Shown here one piece after another: positions 62,601-64,000 of a stretch of 64,000 nt of DNA (the first letter of the stretch is position 1; each line of letters opens with the position of its first letter). Source of the DNA: Leucoraja ocellata (Eukaryota); the NCBI GenBank assembly GCA_036785375.1, contig JAWMAR010000392.1, positions 1,240,001 through 1,304,000 on the forward strand, in the 5' to 3' direction. Both the position numbers and the translations under genes were made by a program. The notes beneath the pieces were generated by a model, which saw nothing but the letters and a program-made list of their open reading frames with translations, searched no databases and had not been told where the DNA came from.

Positions 62601-64000
62601 AGCGTCAAAGCGTGGCAGTTGCAGAGAAAGCACAGAAAACAAGTTAATGCTCTCGTGTATAATTGTTATTCGTTTCACTATTCAGAACTGTAAATGCTGA
62701 CGGCTTCCCGGAATTACTGATTCAGTCACCAGCCCATGTGATCTTAAACCTACGCCCTGATTCCAGTATTTCCTCGTCAAGAATAGGATTGACCTTTGCC
62801 GTTTCAACTGGCTCCTTTCCCAATGCTCAGGTGAACCCAGGGAATAGGTCGGGTGAATGCACAGTCTTTTAACAAGGGAAGGGGAATCAAGAACCAGGTT
62901 TAAAGTGAGAGGGGAAAGATCTAAAAGGGACCTGAGGTCAACCTGTTCACACAGAGAGTGGGTGGGTTTTTGAGATGTGTTGTCAAAGCAGGTAGTTGAG
63001 GCAGGTACTATAACAACATTTACATAGAAACATAGAAACATAGAAATTAGGTGCAGGAGTAGGCCATTCGGCCCTTCGAGCCTGCACCGCCATTCAATAT
63101 GATCATGGCTGATCATCCAACTCAGTATCCCGTACCTGCCTTCTCTCCATACCCCCTGATTCCCTTAGTCACAAGGGCCACATCTAACTCCCTCTTAAAT
63201 ATAGCCAATGAACTGGCCTCAACTACCCTCTGTGGCAGAGAGTTCCAGAGATTCACCACTCTCTGTGTGAAAGAAAATACATTTAAAAGACATTTGGACA
63301 AGCATGGATAGGAAATTGTCTATAGGGATATGGACCAAATGTGGGCAGGTGGGACTAGCATAGATGGGACATCTCGGTCGGCATGGGCAAGTTGAATCAA
63401 AGGGTCTGCTTCCGTGCTGTACGACTATGACTCTAACTCTTGAGCCTCAAAACCAATGCTATGGAAGGCACAACTTTAAAAAACAAAAACCAAAGGTTGG
63501 AGGGCCTCAGCGGGACAGGCAGCATTTGTGCAGAGAGACGCAAGGAACTCCAGTTGCAGGAATCTTGAGTAGAGCACAAAGTGCTTGGGTAACAAAGAGG
63601 GTCAGGCAGCATTTGTGAATGAATGGATTTCATGAATGGACAACATTTTTAATTGGAACCCTTCAGACTGATTGGAGTAGGGGGAACAAAGGTGGACAAA
63701 AGGTGCAGATGGGGCAAGTGATAAGCGGATGCAGATGCGGGGGGTTTTGAGGAGATAGAAGTGTACCAGGTAAGGTAAGGAGAAAAGAGGAGTGAAATTC
63801 TTAAGGGGTTGGACAGGCTAGATGCAGGAAGATTGTTCCCGATGTTGGGGAAGTCCAGAACAAGGGGTCACAGTTTAAGGATAAGGGGAAAATCTTTTCG
63901 AACCGAGATGAGGAAATCATTTTTCACACAGAGAGTGGCGAATCTGTGGAATTCTCTGCCACAGAAGGTGGTTGAGGCCACAGTTCATTGGCTATATTTA

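Larger units (their letters stand above)
57542..64000 (+). repeat. Direct duplicate of about 38851-45297 (B2M exon 1 plus upstream region)
   Basis: Collinear near-identical unique sequence with the same repeat insertions and an N gap at the homologous position; scattered SNPs and indels. Confidence 0.95.

Noticed and set aside
1-64000. CRISPR array, prokaryotic operon or defence system; MHC class I/II or BRD2 exons
   Set aside because: No regularly spaced repeat-spacer array, the RT ORFs are eukaryotic non-LTR fragments, and I found no exons of other host genes.

Overview
This is vertebrate genomic DNA, inferred to be from a cartilaginous fish (skate/ray-like), judged from the repeat families and the protein sequence. 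It is not prokaryotic, and there are no operons or CRISPR arrays. The only host protein-coding gene I can support is beta-2-microglobulin (B2M) on the minus strand. Exon 1 (39384-39444, signal peptide), exon 2 (34622-34900, Ig-C1 domain) and exon 3 (32386-32412, ending ...ESF*) give a 116-aa precursor, and a probable 3'UTR exon 4 starts at 32211. B2M exon 1 and its upstream region (about 38851-45297) recur at 57542-64000, immediately after a 200-N join, most likely as an uncollapsed haplotype. The rest is dominated by nested retroelements: two young CR1 LINE families, Rex1/Babar-like, RTE and Ingi/Vingi-like fragments, V-SINE/HE1-type SINEs, and Penelope-like elements whose ~100-bp terminal units carry hammerhead-ribozyme-like cores. 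There is also one tRNA-Asp-like copy, a CpG-rich promoter-like stretch at the left edge, and three N gaps. The most notable observations are: an MHC-type X1/X2-Y promoter module plus ISRE/kB/GAS clusters around B2M; dispersed hammerhead-like mini-insertions that are all antisense inside B2M introns; and recurrent locally templated sequence at retroelement junctions. Repeat boundaries are read by eye and are approximate unless a target-site duplication (TSD) is given.
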